Source of the DNA: Octopus vulgaris
Lineage: Eukaryota
Length of the DNA: 64,000 nt
Direction: 5' to 3'
Assembly: GCA_951406725.2 (NCBI GenBank)
Contig: OX597816.1
Location: 180,544,001-180,608,000 of the forward strand
Positions within the stretch are counted from its first letter, which is position 1, and each line of letters opens with the position of its first letter. Position numbers and translations under genes: made by a program. The notes under the pieces are model-generated. The model was not told where the DNA came from and did not search any database. It saw nothing but the letters and a program-made list of their open reading frames with translations. This document shows, one piece after another, positions 30,621 to 43,712 of the stretch.

Positions 30621-31589
30621 AAAAACCAACTTGAATGGGATCTTTTTTATGATATTATAATGCAGCAATGTTTTACTTGATGTTTCTTACTTTGTATGCG
30701 GAAATAGTGACAGGTTATGAAACACACACTATAATAATAATAAAAAGAAAAAAAAGACCATTATAAAAAATATAAGAGGAAGAGCGTAACAAATGTGAAG
30801 TACGAAAGTATTTGAGTAGCATCTATTTTTTTCCATACTGAAGGAAGAGAAGGATGTTCAGAGCCAAAATTTGGTAGATTATCTTACCACATGATATTTT
30901 TATTATTTTAGTTTGGAAGGAGAGGAACAGCACCAATGACATTTCTTTTGAGGTTTTCTGCAACAATGTCATCGATGGGTAGCGAAAAGTAAGAGAATTC
31001 CTAATTTGACTCATTTGACTCTGGTTAAATACTGATGCAACTTTGTATAATACTCAAGAAGATAGCATTTCAGCACCCAGCAAAAATATTTCGTTTCCAG
31101 CATGGTACTTTTACTATAGCACCTCTAACCATGATTTTACCTTTCTTCCTAGCAAGACTATTTCTATTCAAGCTACATCTAACTTAATGAGAGTACATAT
31201 TTTCAAGTACAACTTGTTGGAGTAGATCTACATCTAGTTTAGTAAGCTTACAAATTGCAATGCAACCAACTTAATAGCTGTGACTCTCACATAGAAAAGA
31301 GAAGACCTTATGACCGAAACTGTTACTCATTCTAGGTTGTTTGTTATGACAAATTCATCTGATTTTGTTTCTCGTCTGTCAGAAATATTTAATCTAAGCT
31401 ACTTGATATGCAACATTTTTATCTTTTCTGAAGGTTAAGCTTTGATCTCCATTAAACTGCTTGACGCCTGATGACAACAGCTATCTTGATAAGGAAGTTC
31501 CTCAGCAGTTAGAACCTTGAACCCTTTTATCTCATTCCTCTAAAATTATATACTGTCAATCAAAGATGATCAGGAAAAAATTATATCAA

Positions 31590-31925
31590 CATTTGAAATA
31601 GGAGTTTTATTCCTATGCACACTACAACTGCATAGATTGGTCATTACAGTAACTCTGGTGACATGGTCGTATCTACTGACCAAATCAGTCATTACAATAA
31701 CTCTACTCACATGGACATTACTAATGCTTAGGTTTGTCATTACAGCAACTTTACTCATATGTACATTAATAGTGCCAAAATTCGCCTACATTGCAATTAT
31801 GTTCACATACTCCTTACTACTGCCTAGATTTGTTATTGCTGCAACTGTGGGGATTTGGAAGTTACTACTGCCAAGATCTATCACTAGAGCCACTCTGTTC
31901 ATATGGATATTATTACTGGTCAGGA
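31590..31925. repeat. Degenerate 48-bp tandem repeat (6-7 units)
   Basis: Units start at 31638, 31686, 31734, 31782, 31830 and 31878 without indels. Confidence 0.8.
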
Positions 31926-33888
31926 GTAGCAGGACCTGAAGACACCCCTTACTACTTTATTGCTAACATCTAAAACTGTTCTCAAGTTCGGATAATTTCT
32001 CATACCATAAAGAAACGTGAGTACTGATGTTTTAAGCAAAGCTCATCCTTGGAAAGAAAATTTTAATGTTTACCAGATATTTAAATAAGCAGACAGACTT
32101 AAGGAATGTGAAAAACAGAAAAGATGCAAAAAAGAAAATAACAAAAAAGAAAAGAAAATGTTTCCACTTTACATTTGGACAGTATTCAACATAGTAACCA
32201 TATTTCAATGAAGTACTTTTGCTTTAACTGAATAGACATCACATGGTTTTGAACTTAAAACCTTTCTTTATCTCTTTTGTTACCATATTTGTGTTGAAAT
32301 ACATTATCTTTGTTTCAATTAATTCTGAAAATAATGAAGAATTTAGTAAAATAATTTTATAATTATTAAGCTGGTGTTTGGAAATAAATTCACTTGAAAC
32401 ATTGATGGTAGGTTATAATAGAAATCACTTTGAAATATATAATGTTTGCATCATGGAACTGGAGATGGTGTCAGGCATGTTCATATTAAAAGTCTAAAAT
32501 CCCTGAAGATAAGTTCATAATCAACATCTGCAAATTATTATGACTGTTAGCAGATAAAATATGTTTTATGAAAAAAATAAGCCATGTTTAAACTGAAAAA
32601 TTGGGTGTCACAGAAGTGGGTTTTAAAATGATTTAAGTTGTAAGCTAATGGTAATCAGACAGCTATCTTTAACATGTCATAATGGTTGGTTTCTATCTCT
32701 TTGTGAATTGCTTTTTGAATATAGTAGAAAAAAAAAAATAATATTAATTAATATAAGGAAACAGCTAAAATATAAGAGAACTGCATATTTTGTTTCTTAC
32801 TGAATAAGATAACAATACAATAAAAAAAATAAAATTACTTTAACCCTTTAGATGCTCCGTGTTTCTTTCAATTACTTTAAATATAACAAAGAATTTAGTA
32901 AAATAAATTAGTTATCATTCAGCTGATGTTAGTTACATAAATTGTGACTAAGGTTTGGTGGAAGATTTTAATTCAAAACTTATGAAAACAAGACATTTGT
33001 ACTGCAGAGCCAGAACCGGTTTCAGCCGGGTTGGTAACGAAAGGATTAAAACTGAATAGATGAGATAAACATCTGAAGATAAAACCAAGAAGAAGGTGTG
33101 GGGCAATGCTATTGATAGTTAATAAATAATAGTATTAAGTTAATAAATACCTTTTCAGGTGTCAATTTTGAGATTAATTACTTTTTCATGATGATTGTAT
33201 AATTTATAAGATTTGTTTTTGTCCAATGAGATGAGTTTTGTTACAATATGTCAACAAATTCACACAAAAATGTATTCTCCTTCTCCAAATTTATTTGCTG
33301 CCAGTCTTGATTATATAGAATTTTGTTCCTCACAGTCGTGTTGATGGAACAGAAACTATTACTACAAGATGACAGTAAGAAATAGTAAAAATCAACAATA
33401 ACCTCTGAAGATAGCATACTCTGAAAGATCCCAAAATATCAGGAAGAATTGTCTTTAAACTATCTCCACCATACATATATATATATATACCTAATATATA
33501 TTTAAAATACAAAACTTCATTTAAAATAGTGTATTTCAATGAGAATAATTTGAAAAGTTTAAACTGTATCTTTAAAAAGGATACAATGTATTTGCAGATA
33601 TTTAAGAATTTAACAGAATTGTATATATATGTTACTGCAATGGCATGAGAGGGGGGAAATATCTTTATTTGAAATATCTTCAGTTAGGGTTAAATGCTTT
33701 TAATGTAAATCTTTTACCAGCAGTTCCATCTGTTGTAGACATGAGATTGATGGAGTGTAAATAGGGACTGTACAATAAAATTCAATGAGAAATGACTACG
33801 AATCAATAGGGAAGGAAAAGAAAGTCATTTCTTCACCATTATAATTTAAATATAAATAAAATAACAAACAATGACGCGAAGAGATTTC

Positions 33889-34014
33889 TTAAAAGTCTGT
33901 AAACAGTGCAACATCATCTGGTGTAGCTTCCTCTACAAATTTTGTGTCTTCATCTGGATATTCTTCAAAGTTATTCGTATCACCGGCATGACTAATTTTA
34001 GGGACAATAGGAGG
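33889..34014 (-). CDS. PRKX: PRKX-like kinase last coding exon (126 nt), AGC C-terminal tail
   Basis: PPIVPKISHAGDTNNFEEYPDEDTKFVEEATPDDVALFTDF*. Acceptor cttctttttcag. Has the AGC PxxP and DTxNF motifs and the terminal FxxF of PKA-type kinases. Confidence 0.95.
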   Translation of the reverse strand, partial: PPIVPKISHAGDTNNFEEYPDEDTKFVEEATPDDVALFTDF

Positions 34015-35859
34015 CTGAAAAAGAAGAAAACAAAGCAAGATATTAAAGGTAAATTCATATTTGTGTTGCAACAGTAACACAAACATAAATTTGTCGGAAG
34101 AAAATCTGATGGGAATTACAAACTTGACAATCTCCACCTTTGTTTTTCCTGATACATTTATTATCTTTCCCCCTATGCAAAGGCATACCAAACTTATTTA
34201 ACTACCATGTCATGATAATAATAATAATAATAATAATAATATATATATATATATATATATATATCAAACAGGTCACTTCCTCTTGCTCATTCTAGTTCGT
34301 TGTCATTCAGTGCAATGTGACATCAAAATAAATTTATTTCACTCTTTCATTTTCTCTTTCACATTAACTCACATTTATCTGCCTGTCTTCCTGTGTCTTT
34401 CATATCACCCCTCCCCTTCACACATGCATATATAATCAAGCATGCCTACCTATATATATATATATATATATGCACACACATGCGATTTATGCAGTCATTG
34501 AGTACTTTAGTCAACAATTCCATACACTACCAGGCAACTAGGGAAGGGGTTTTGTGTTATCTTTGATCCTCCAGAAACAACAAACTACACATACAAATCC
34601 TAAAAAGAATGTATTACATAATGTCAATCCAACATATCCCTAAAAGACAAGATAGTTGAGGTTGGAACGCCCTTGATTAGAAGGTCTATTTCATACGTTT
34701 ATGTATATATACACACACATATATATATCAGAGGCAATGCCAGGTCATCAGCGTCACTCGGGCTCATCACAGAATTTCATGTTATTCCGCAATATTTCTA
34801 GCCCCAAATGGCTTATTTTTTATATCTAGGACTATGTCTTTCTCCATTTCTAAGTTAAGGGAAAAAGATAAAGCAACCCTGCAAAATACAACTGATCTTT
34901 GTACACAGACTCACAGAATAACAGCAATCAAACAACGACAGCTGAGTGCCTTTAATCTTTTACACCTGCCAGGCTTGTTCGTATTAGCCCGAGTTGCTGG
35001 ATAATTTTTCGTTCCTTTAGGAATATTATAGAATGGAAACTTTTCATAGATTGGAATTTAAATCCTAATCCCTATTGAAATTTATTGTTTCAAGAAAACA
35101 TTGAATTTGAATTACTTTTAATTTTTATGTTTATAGATAACAGCTCGGGCTGTAACTTCTGAGCCCAAGTCAGCATGAGTGAATGATGTCAAGAGAAGGT
35201 CTGCTATGAATATATTTTGACACTGGGCACCTCTAAGACAATTGCCAGATGCTGAACGAAAATAAATGAACTGCAACAAGGCTCATTAAAAGGAGCTTGA
35301 GTTATTGGCTGAAATTACATACTTGAAGTCAGTGTTGGCAGAAATTAAATCAGCTTGCAAATATATGTTCACTTTACTAATTTTATACTTGGGCTAAGCC
35401 CGAACAGCCCGAATGCTGGACATATATATACACACATACGTAAATACATACACACACAACAAGCTTTTTTCAATGCAATGTCCATTAACCAGAATGTCCA
35501 CTCAGAAGGCTTTAGTCAAGCAGGGCTAAAGCTGAAGATGACCAAGATGCTGTACCAGGGTTCACATTGTTGAAAAGCAAGCTTCTTACTACACAGCCAC
35601 ACTTGAACAAAATTTATCCCACCATTTGAATTACATTTTATAGTAAACAGAGTTGTTTTATCTTGTTCATTGATCATGTGACAGGTTGTCTGCTCTTTTA
35701 GTCATGTGATGCAGAAGACTATTGTCTGCTCTGTGCTCTCTCTCTCTCTCTCTGCTGTGTTTTCTTCTTTACTATTCTCCTTACACCTGAACACACATAA
35801 ATTTAGATATAGACAAACACATGTATAAGTAGGTATGTTAATAACACCTATAAGGAGGT

Positions 35860-36140
35860 ACTTTATCCATTCACCAAAGTGAATGGAGCCTTGGCCACGA
35901 GGAACTGATGTTGTCAGATGGAATCCAACATTCATCGGGTGTTTCAACCCTGAACTGTTGGAGCTGCCAAGACACATAAGAGAAGAATTAGATCCACTAA
36001 CATTCAAATGGTTCCTGGATGAATATCTCCAACAAATTCCAGGTAAACCACCTAGACCCAGATATACCTCTGCAAACAATAACTCTTCACTTGAATGGGC
36101 TATGGTGCCCAAAGAATGACTCATATGAAACATCATTAAA
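35860..36140 (+). mobile_element. 3' fragment of a CR1/L2-like LINE ORF2
   Basis: LPRHIREELDPLTFKWFLDEYLQQIPGKP...NNSSLEWA resembles a LINE ORF2 C-terminus (LP..IR....FK..LD.FL). Confidence 0.65.
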
Positions 36141-36919
36141 TGTCTTTTCCAGGTGTTAAGTCAGACATGGCCTTGACCAGTTCTGGCCAAAACTTATCTT
36201 AGTATCTAAGAATATATATGTGTGTGTACATTTCATCCTTTGCCTTTCATCCTTTCGGGGTCGATAAATTAAGTACCAGTTACGCACTGGGGTCAATGTA
36301 ATCGACTTAATCCATTTGTCTGTCTTTGTTTGTCCCCTCTGTGTTTAACCCCTTGTGGGCGGTAAAAAAAAAAAAAAAAGATATATATATATATATATAT
36401 ATATATGAGCGAAATTGCTTCTGGGCAAGATAGAGTTATCTTCCTTTGACTGATTCCATTTGCATCCAAAACTAGTTGTTAACTGCACCCTTTTCGTTCA
36501 CTAGTTGGCAAGCAGGGAACTCCGTGTTTCCAAAACGAATTTCCTTTGATGAGAGCACAATGAACATCTCTGTTTAGTTGGTGCCCTCATCAGAGGAAAA
36601 TGCATGTATGCATGCATTACATACATACACACACACACACACATACATATTAGGATATAATATTTCTTACTTTTCCTTATTATATTTTCCTGCAAGGTGT
36701 GGGTAGGGTGGCAAGCATCAGATCTGAGGTTTAACCCATAGCTGATATAAAATTTTAGTGAACCAAAGTTCATAATTATAAATCATAACAAATAAGTGTA
36801 TGTCCATGTGTGTGTGTGTGTGTGTGTGCGCGTATGTGTGTGTGTGCACAAACATGTATTTGCTAATGTATGTATGTAGATTACAAAATATTTAAATAAA
36901 AAAAAAACCATCCTTATAC

Positions 36920-36997
36920 CTTCAGCTTTCTTTCCCTTACGTCAGTCCATTTAATACCTTTAAACCATCGGTGGTTTTTCACATCCTCTGCACCAGA
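36920..36997 (-). CDS. PRKX: PRKX-like kinase exon (78 nt)
   Basis: SGAEDVKNHRWFKGIKWTDVRERKLK. Acceptor ttttcacttcag, donor gtataa, phase 0/0. Confidence 0.93.
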
Positions 36998-37319
36998 CTG
37001 AAGTGAAAACAATGAACTATCAGTAGAATGAATTTGTTTTTTTAAAAAACATGAAAAATACAAAATAAAAAAGGAATGGTAACAGGTGCACTACAACTCA
37101 TTAGAAAAGTGTAGCTAAAAGTGCATGAACAGAACACAGAATATGCACGGGAAGTGAACAGTGAACAAGTTATTTAGAAAAAAAAGCGGAGGGGCATCAG
37201 GTGTTGGCAAACTTAAGAAAGCATGGAAGTTTTGAAGGCTGTAATGACCCCAAAAGCTAAAGTATTTTATTCCATGCTTCAGCAATTCCAAGCATGAAAT
37301 GAATGTTTCCAAAAGTCTT

Positions 37320-38095
37320 GGATACTGTGTTGTTTTTGGATTTTGTAAGCATATCCATGAGCATTAGACAAGTAGAATTCAAAAGGTACCCAACATTGAA
37401 GTTGGAAAGATGGTAGATAATCTTGTGGATGTCTGCGAAGTCAGTTGCCAGATGTGTCCATGCCCAGGGAGGCGAGACATTCAGAGTATGGTAGATGCCT
37501 GATGGCAGGTGTTCATCTGCTCTGAACAGTTTCTAGAAGATTGATATGCTGAGCAAGATAGAGGTTCCAGACTGGCGATGCAAACTCTAAGTGTGGATGC
37601 ACCATAGCCATATATAGCTTTAAATAGACAGCTGGAGAACGGCTGACAAAGTTCCTACTGATTAATGCTAAAACACCCTCAACCTTCTTGACAATTTTAG
37701 AGATGTGGTTTGTCCAACACAAATTACTTAACAATAATACCTAGATCACATCACTAGCAGACTTCTTAAAGATGGTGTTGTAGAGGAAGTCTGTAAAAGC
37801 TGGGTTTTTCCTCCCAAATGCATGATAGTGCACTTGTCCACAGCCAGCTTGAGCTGTCAGTCAGTAATCCATTGCTGCATTGTGTCCAGGTCTGATTCCA
37901 AGAAAGATCTACAGCATATAGAAACTGTTCTTTTTATCTCAAGGTACAGCTTGATATCACCTGCATATTTCAATACTGTAAGATTCTTCAAGTTGGCATC
38001 TATGTCATTAATATATGCAACAAACAACAGGGGTTCAAGAATGGATCCTTGTGGTAGACTAGATGTTATCTCATAAGGTGTAGAATGCTGACATA
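37320..38095 (-). mobile_element. CR1/L2-clade LINE reverse transcriptase fragment
   Basis: LPQGSILEPLLFVAYINDID...KYAGDIKLY (YADD-like), followed by LYMAMVHPHLEFASPVWN...LLETVQ. Confidence 0.88.
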
Positions 38096-39079
38096 ATTAC
38101 AAACTTTAGTAATTTTGAGTACCTGAAAGTACCTTTTTTTAAATATTTTTCTCAAGACTCATAAAGCCAGTTATCCAGTTTCCATAGCATATAAGTGACC
38201 AAGATCAGAACACAGGCATGCTTCAAGGATCAGGGCCAGCAATTTTGAGGAGAGGAAACAAGTCAATTACAATAATCCCAGTACTTGATAAGTACTGCCT
38301 TTTACTGACCCTGAAGGGATGAAAAGCAAAGTTGACCTCTGCAAAATTTGAACTCAGAAAAAGGAATGATAGATCCGTCTTTGGTTTCGACTATTTTGTC
38401 AACTGAACAACTGAACTACTCTGTATCATTAAATGAACATGTAACTGGCTGAGTATTCCACAGACATATGTGATATTAACATAACTTTCACACCAAATCA
38501 GTAAGAGAATAAATGACAAGGCTGGAGCTTTGATTTACAGGTACAATCAACCCATTGGGTTTCCATGTAGTTTCTGTCTACACAATTTCTCTCAAAGACC
38601 ATGGTAAAAGACACTTGCCCAAGATATCTCACTGTGGGATTGAACACATGAGGTTACGACTGCCAAGTCTGCATCCAATAAACTTACTCTGAATGTACAT
38701 CTCTTTTTAAGACTGTAGTGTGTGGTCTGAGCAACATGGTCAAACTATTGAATCTCCAGCTTGCTTCAGATGCCAAGATGTCAAAAATTATCAAAGTGTA
38801 GTACAAAAAAACTATTTTTTCGTTTTCTGAAAAAGCAACCTTTTGGACTTACGACACTTTTGCATTATAGCAACGAATTGTTTTTCTACAAAGTATTTTA
38901 AAGTTTCTATCTTATAGTCGCTTGTCATAACCTGAAAATGGTAACTCATAATGAACATTTAATAAAACATAATATATATATTTTGGTGATTACTTGCTAT
39001 ATGATTCTATTTCCAGAAATCGATAATAGTAAGCAATAACTTATGAGTTGTGGTTCCCACTTTCTCTTCAACACCAAAA

Positions 39080-39110
<31 letters not shown>

Positions 39111-39212
39111 GCACTTGCTTTAAAAAATTTCCAAACTCTTAAAAGTTATCTCCCTTGAAACGCGAGCGCGCAAGGAATCCCTCATGCAAGCAAGTACAAA
39201 TGTCCACACACG

Positions 39213-39243
<31 letters not shown>

Positions 39244-39510
39244 TACAACACACAACACAGATTCTGAATTATTTCCAACAGAAGTTACAACAGCGAATAC
39301 AGGACTTCTGTTAAAGGATTTACAAACAAGGAATAAAACTAAATGATATTCTTTAGATTGGTGGTTAACAGCTCTGGGTTCAAACCCTATCTCAGTTGAT
39401 TCTGTGATACCATCCTCCTAAAGAATTGACAGAATATGTAACATTCAAATGCTTGGATCAAAATAAGATTTAATATGAACATCATTATCATCATTATTAT
39501 TATTAATAAT

Positions 39511-39950
39511 GGCACGTAAAAAGCATCATCCGATCATGGCCGTTGCCAACCTCGCCTGGCCCCCGTGCCAGTGACACGTAAAAAGCACCACCCGATCGTG
39601 TCCGTTGCCAGCGCCGCCCCGACTAGCTTCCGTGCCGGTGGCACATAAAAAGCACCATCCGATCGTGGCCGTTGCCAGCCTTGCCTGGCCCCCGTGCCAG
39701 TGGCACGTAAAAAGCACCATCCGTCTGTGGCCGTTTGCCAGCCCCGTCTGGCACCTGTGCGGGTGGGACGTAAAAAGCACCCACTAAACTCACGGACTGG
39801 TTGGCGTTAGGAAGGGCATCCAGCTGTAGAAACACTGCCAGATCAGACTGGGGCCTGGTGCAGCCTTCTGGCTTCCCAGACCCCAGTTGAACCATCCAAC
39901 CCATGCTAGCATGGAAAGCGGACGCTAAATGATGATGATGATGATGATGA
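39511..39950 (+). mobile_element. SINE/non-LTR 3' portion with internal ~60-bp tandem repeats and (GAT)n tail
   Basis: Five copies of the GGCACGTAAAAAGCACC... motif, ending CCATGCTAGCATGGAAAGCGGACGCTAAAT(GAT)n. Related 3' ends at 688-798 (inverse), 22550-22605 (inverse) and 55478-55535. Confidence 0.8.
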
Positions 39951-39959
39951 ATATGGCAA

Positions 39960-40166
39960 CGAACTGGCAACATCATTAGCATACCAAGCAAAATGCTTTG
40001 CGACATTTCATCCGTCCTTACACTCTGAGTTCAAATTCTGCCGAGGTCAACTTTGCCTTCAATCCTTTCAGGGTCGATAAATTAAGTCCCAGTTGTGTAT
40101 TGGGGTCAATCTAATTGACTGGACCCCTCCCACAAAATTTTGGGCCTTCTGCATAGAGTAGAAAAG
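39960..40166 (+). mobile_element. SINE with central GCCTTTCATCCTTTCGGGGTCGATAAA-type domain (multi-copy family)
   Basis: Similar copies at 8575-8720, 12840-13040, 14805-14945, 20700-21090 (two), 36235-36360 and 53470-53640, and inverse copies at 25835-26030, 27500-27700, 38230-38360 and 41960-42110. Confidence 0.8.
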
Positions 40167-40206
40167 ATTATTTAAATACAAAAATCAATTGAAACTGAAG
40201 AATTAC

Positions 40207-40264
40207 CTTCATGTTTCCAAGTCGTCTTGTCCTGTCATGAACGAGGAGCTTTTTTATTAGATCT
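40207..40264 (-). CDS. PRKX: PRKX-like kinase exon (58 nt)
   Basis: (K)DLIKKLLVHDRTRRLGNMK. Acceptor ctacag, donor gtaatt. Lies inside track ORF 40168..40410. Confidence 0.95.
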
Positions 40265-41699
40265 CTGTAGATAGAACATTTTTCAATCAGTTTATTGATA
40301 AAGGAGATGAAGCAAACATTTATGAAGCAGAACAACAGGGCTGCAAGTAATCCAGTAAAGTGAGAGTAAACATAATAAAGCTTTAACAAAGAAAAGGAAA
40401 ATAGATGCATCGTTAAAATATTTATGATATTCTTAGTTTTTTTTATTTTTTTGTTTCATTTTGTTTTTCATCCTCTGGCAAAACCTCACCAGACAAGGAT
40501 GGCCTAAAAATGTCGCAAGACTACTTTCTCTTTTAAATAATTATCTTTAGATGACAATCATCCGAAAGATATTTGCAAAGCTATGGGCTCTCCTATTTCT
40601 TTTGACATACAAGATAGTTGTAACAGTTATTAATGTGGCAGAATGTGGTACAGAAAAGGGTTAGCTACTGAGGAATGAGGTCTTGAAAAGAAACAGCTGT
40701 AGGATAATGTTGTACTGAAAGGAAGATGAGGTATTAAAATGGGGTAGGAGTAGGAGAGTGTAGTAATGGAAAGGGGCAGCTGTGAAAGGATGTAATATGG
40801 AAAGAGGACTGTAAAATAACAGCCAGTACTGAAAGGGGTTAATAATAGGGGATGTGGTACTAAACAGGAAAGAAATGACAATGTATGGGTTTTTTATGGC
40901 TTAGTCAGATGAGGAAGGGCAGCACTCTTGTCCTTTTTGCAAGGTCTTTGAGACCAGTGGGAGAAAGACCCAGAGACATGCACTTGAATGCTTACACAAG
41001 AATGGAATTCCCTAAAGGCACCGAAGAGCCAAATGGTGTTGTTAACTGGGTGACCAGTTAAGTCTTTTACTTAAAAGTCTTTCATCTACAATTTTCATTT
41101 ACTCAATTTCACTCACAATGCTTAATTCAAACCAAAGTTAGAGTAGAAGTTACTTGCTCAAGATGTAATGTGTTGGAATCTATGTGACTGATTATGAAGG
41201 GAATTTCTTAATTACATAAGCCATGCCTCTGAAAGGAGAGAGAAGTGAAAGCTCAAAGACATATAACTATGAAATTAAAAAGAAACAGAGTGTATTAATA
41301 TAAAACAGAGCACAAGAGGGAAAGAATGGCTACTTTATGGGAGATGATTTGAGAGAAAAAAACACATCAGGGTCCCTAAAATAGCTCAAGATGTTATCAG
41401 AAAGGACTGAGAAAGCTATACATAAAATAATGTAGAAAAAAAAAGAAGGCACATGATCTCACACTCTTACGAAAAAAGCTATATATAAAAAAACAACATA
41501 ACCTTGATATAAAAATAGTACCCAAAATGATAGAATGTGGTAAATGAAATGAGAGCAAAGAAAGTACTCTGAATAAATAAAAAAAGTGGCAAATACAAAT
41601 TGTGGTGGAAGACTAAATAAGTATAAAAATAGAAGATATGACTTTATTATGACAATACTTCCTTTACTCACAGAATCAGTTGGATTTCTTCATACTTAC

Positions 41700-41795
41700 T
41701 TTGCAACAGGGTCCATGCTTTTTGGCCATGTTATTTTTCCAATAAGAATTTTTTCATAAATATCAAATGGGTTGTCATCAAAAAATGGAGGACAT
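41700..41795 (-). CDS. PRKX: PRKX-like kinase exon (96 nt)
   Basis: (G)CPPFFDDNPFDIYEKILIGKITWPKSMDPVA(K). Acceptor tttctttttctacag, donor gtaagt. Confidence 0.95.
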
Positions 41796-42674
41796 CTGTA
41801 GAAAAAGAAAATATAGGAGGATAGAACCTATGTCGCTTTTACAAGACTTCAATCGATCCTCCTGTATTTCTTCGAAGGAAGGAACACACACTTCAAGTAG
41901 TTACCCATGACCCTCTGACAATGCAGCATAGCCAATGAGTGTACATGCATAGAAGGGAGAGAGTGGGGGGAAATGATCCCTGCACTTGATTGATAAATTA
42001 TTTTATCAAGGTCAAAATGACAAAACTAACTTCATCAAGATTTGAATTTAGGATGAGCAGAACCAAAGCAATTAATAAAAGACATTCATCCAATGCTAAC
42101 AATTTTGTTGACTGACCATCTTGAATTATAATAATAGTCAAGTTGAACTAAAGAAAAGAGATGAAGAGTTGAGAGACAACGTAAGACAGTAAATGAGGCA
42201 AGATCTGAATGCCATCAGTGAGAAAAGGATGCTGTTTAGCCCTTGGTCATACAGATGATCAAAGGCGTTCCAAGTTATGACCATTTTAGTCTTTATTCAC
42301 ACAAGTGTAGATAAGATTACACCATCAAATACGTATTCCCTCTTTTTAAAAAAAAAAAAATCAATTTCAATGATTATTAGATCGCAATTTCCAGTAGATT
42401 GAATGACAAAATATAAGCTGAGAGAGTTTAAGATAAGGACTGTTTGAGTCGTCATCGTCGTCATCATCATCATCATCATGTAACATCTGCCTTCCATGCT
42501 GGTAAGGCTTTTTTCTGAATAATATCACTAGTGCTTGTGTTTAGTTAATTTCAAAGAATCACCAATAGGACAGTCATCAGAACTGGTAATCTGGTGATGA
42601 TCTATCATTTGCAAGTCAGATTATAAATAAAAGATGAAGAGGTCTATGTTGTTCGCAATAAGATAAAGCAGAGA

Positions 42675-42771
42675 CTAACATACTGAGAAGAGCTTGTGAA
42701 GAATCTCTCTCTTTCTCTTGCTCTCTCTCTCTCTCTCTCTCTCTAACATACTGAGTAGAGCTTGTGAAGAA

Positions 42772-42826
<55 letters not shown>

Positions 42827-42909
42827 TTCTCTCTCTAACATACTGAGAAGAGCTTGTGAAGAATCTCTCTCTTTCTCTCTCTAACATACTGAGAAGAGCT
42901 TGTGAAGAA

Positions 42910-42941
<32 letters not shown>

Positions 42942-43129
42942 ACTCTCTTTCTCTCTCTCTCTCTTTCTCTCTCTAACATACTGAGAAGAGCTTGTGAAGA
43001 ATCTCTCTCTTTCTCTCGCTCTCTCTCTCTCTCTAACATACTGAGAAGAGCTTGTGAAGAATCTCTCTCTTTCTCTCGCTCTCTCTCTCTCTTTCTCTCT
43101 CTAACATACTGAGAAGAGCTTGTGAAGAA

Positions 43130-43186
<57 letters not shown>

Positions 43187-43211
43187 AACATACTGAGAAG
43201 AGCTTGTGAAG

Positions 43212-43255
<44 letters not shown>

Positions 43256-43291
43256 ACATACTGAGAAGAGCTTGTGAAGAATCTCTCTCTT

Positions 43292-43324
<33 letters not shown>

Positions 43325-43351
43325 AACATACTGAGAAGAGCTTGTGAAGAA

Positions 43352-43404
<53 letters not shown>

Positions 43405-43569
43405 TTCTCTCTCTAACATACTGAGAAGAGCTTGTGAAGAATCTCTCTCTTTCTCTCGCTCTCTCTCTCTCTCTAACATACTGAGAAGAGCTTGTGAAGA
43501 ATCTCTCTCTTTCTCTCGCTCTCTCTCTCTCTTTCTCTCTCTAACATACTGAGAAGAGCTTGTGAAGAA

Positions 43570-43622
<53 letters not shown>

Positions 43623-43663
43623 TTCTCTCTCTAACATACTGAGAAGAGCTTGTGAAGAATCTC

Positions 43664-43712
<49 letters not shown>

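Noticed and set aside
33290-33669. PRKX polyadenylation signals (AATAAA on the minus strand at 33664-33669 and 33290-33295)
   Set aside because: The hexamer is too common in this AT-rich DNA to assign without transcript data.
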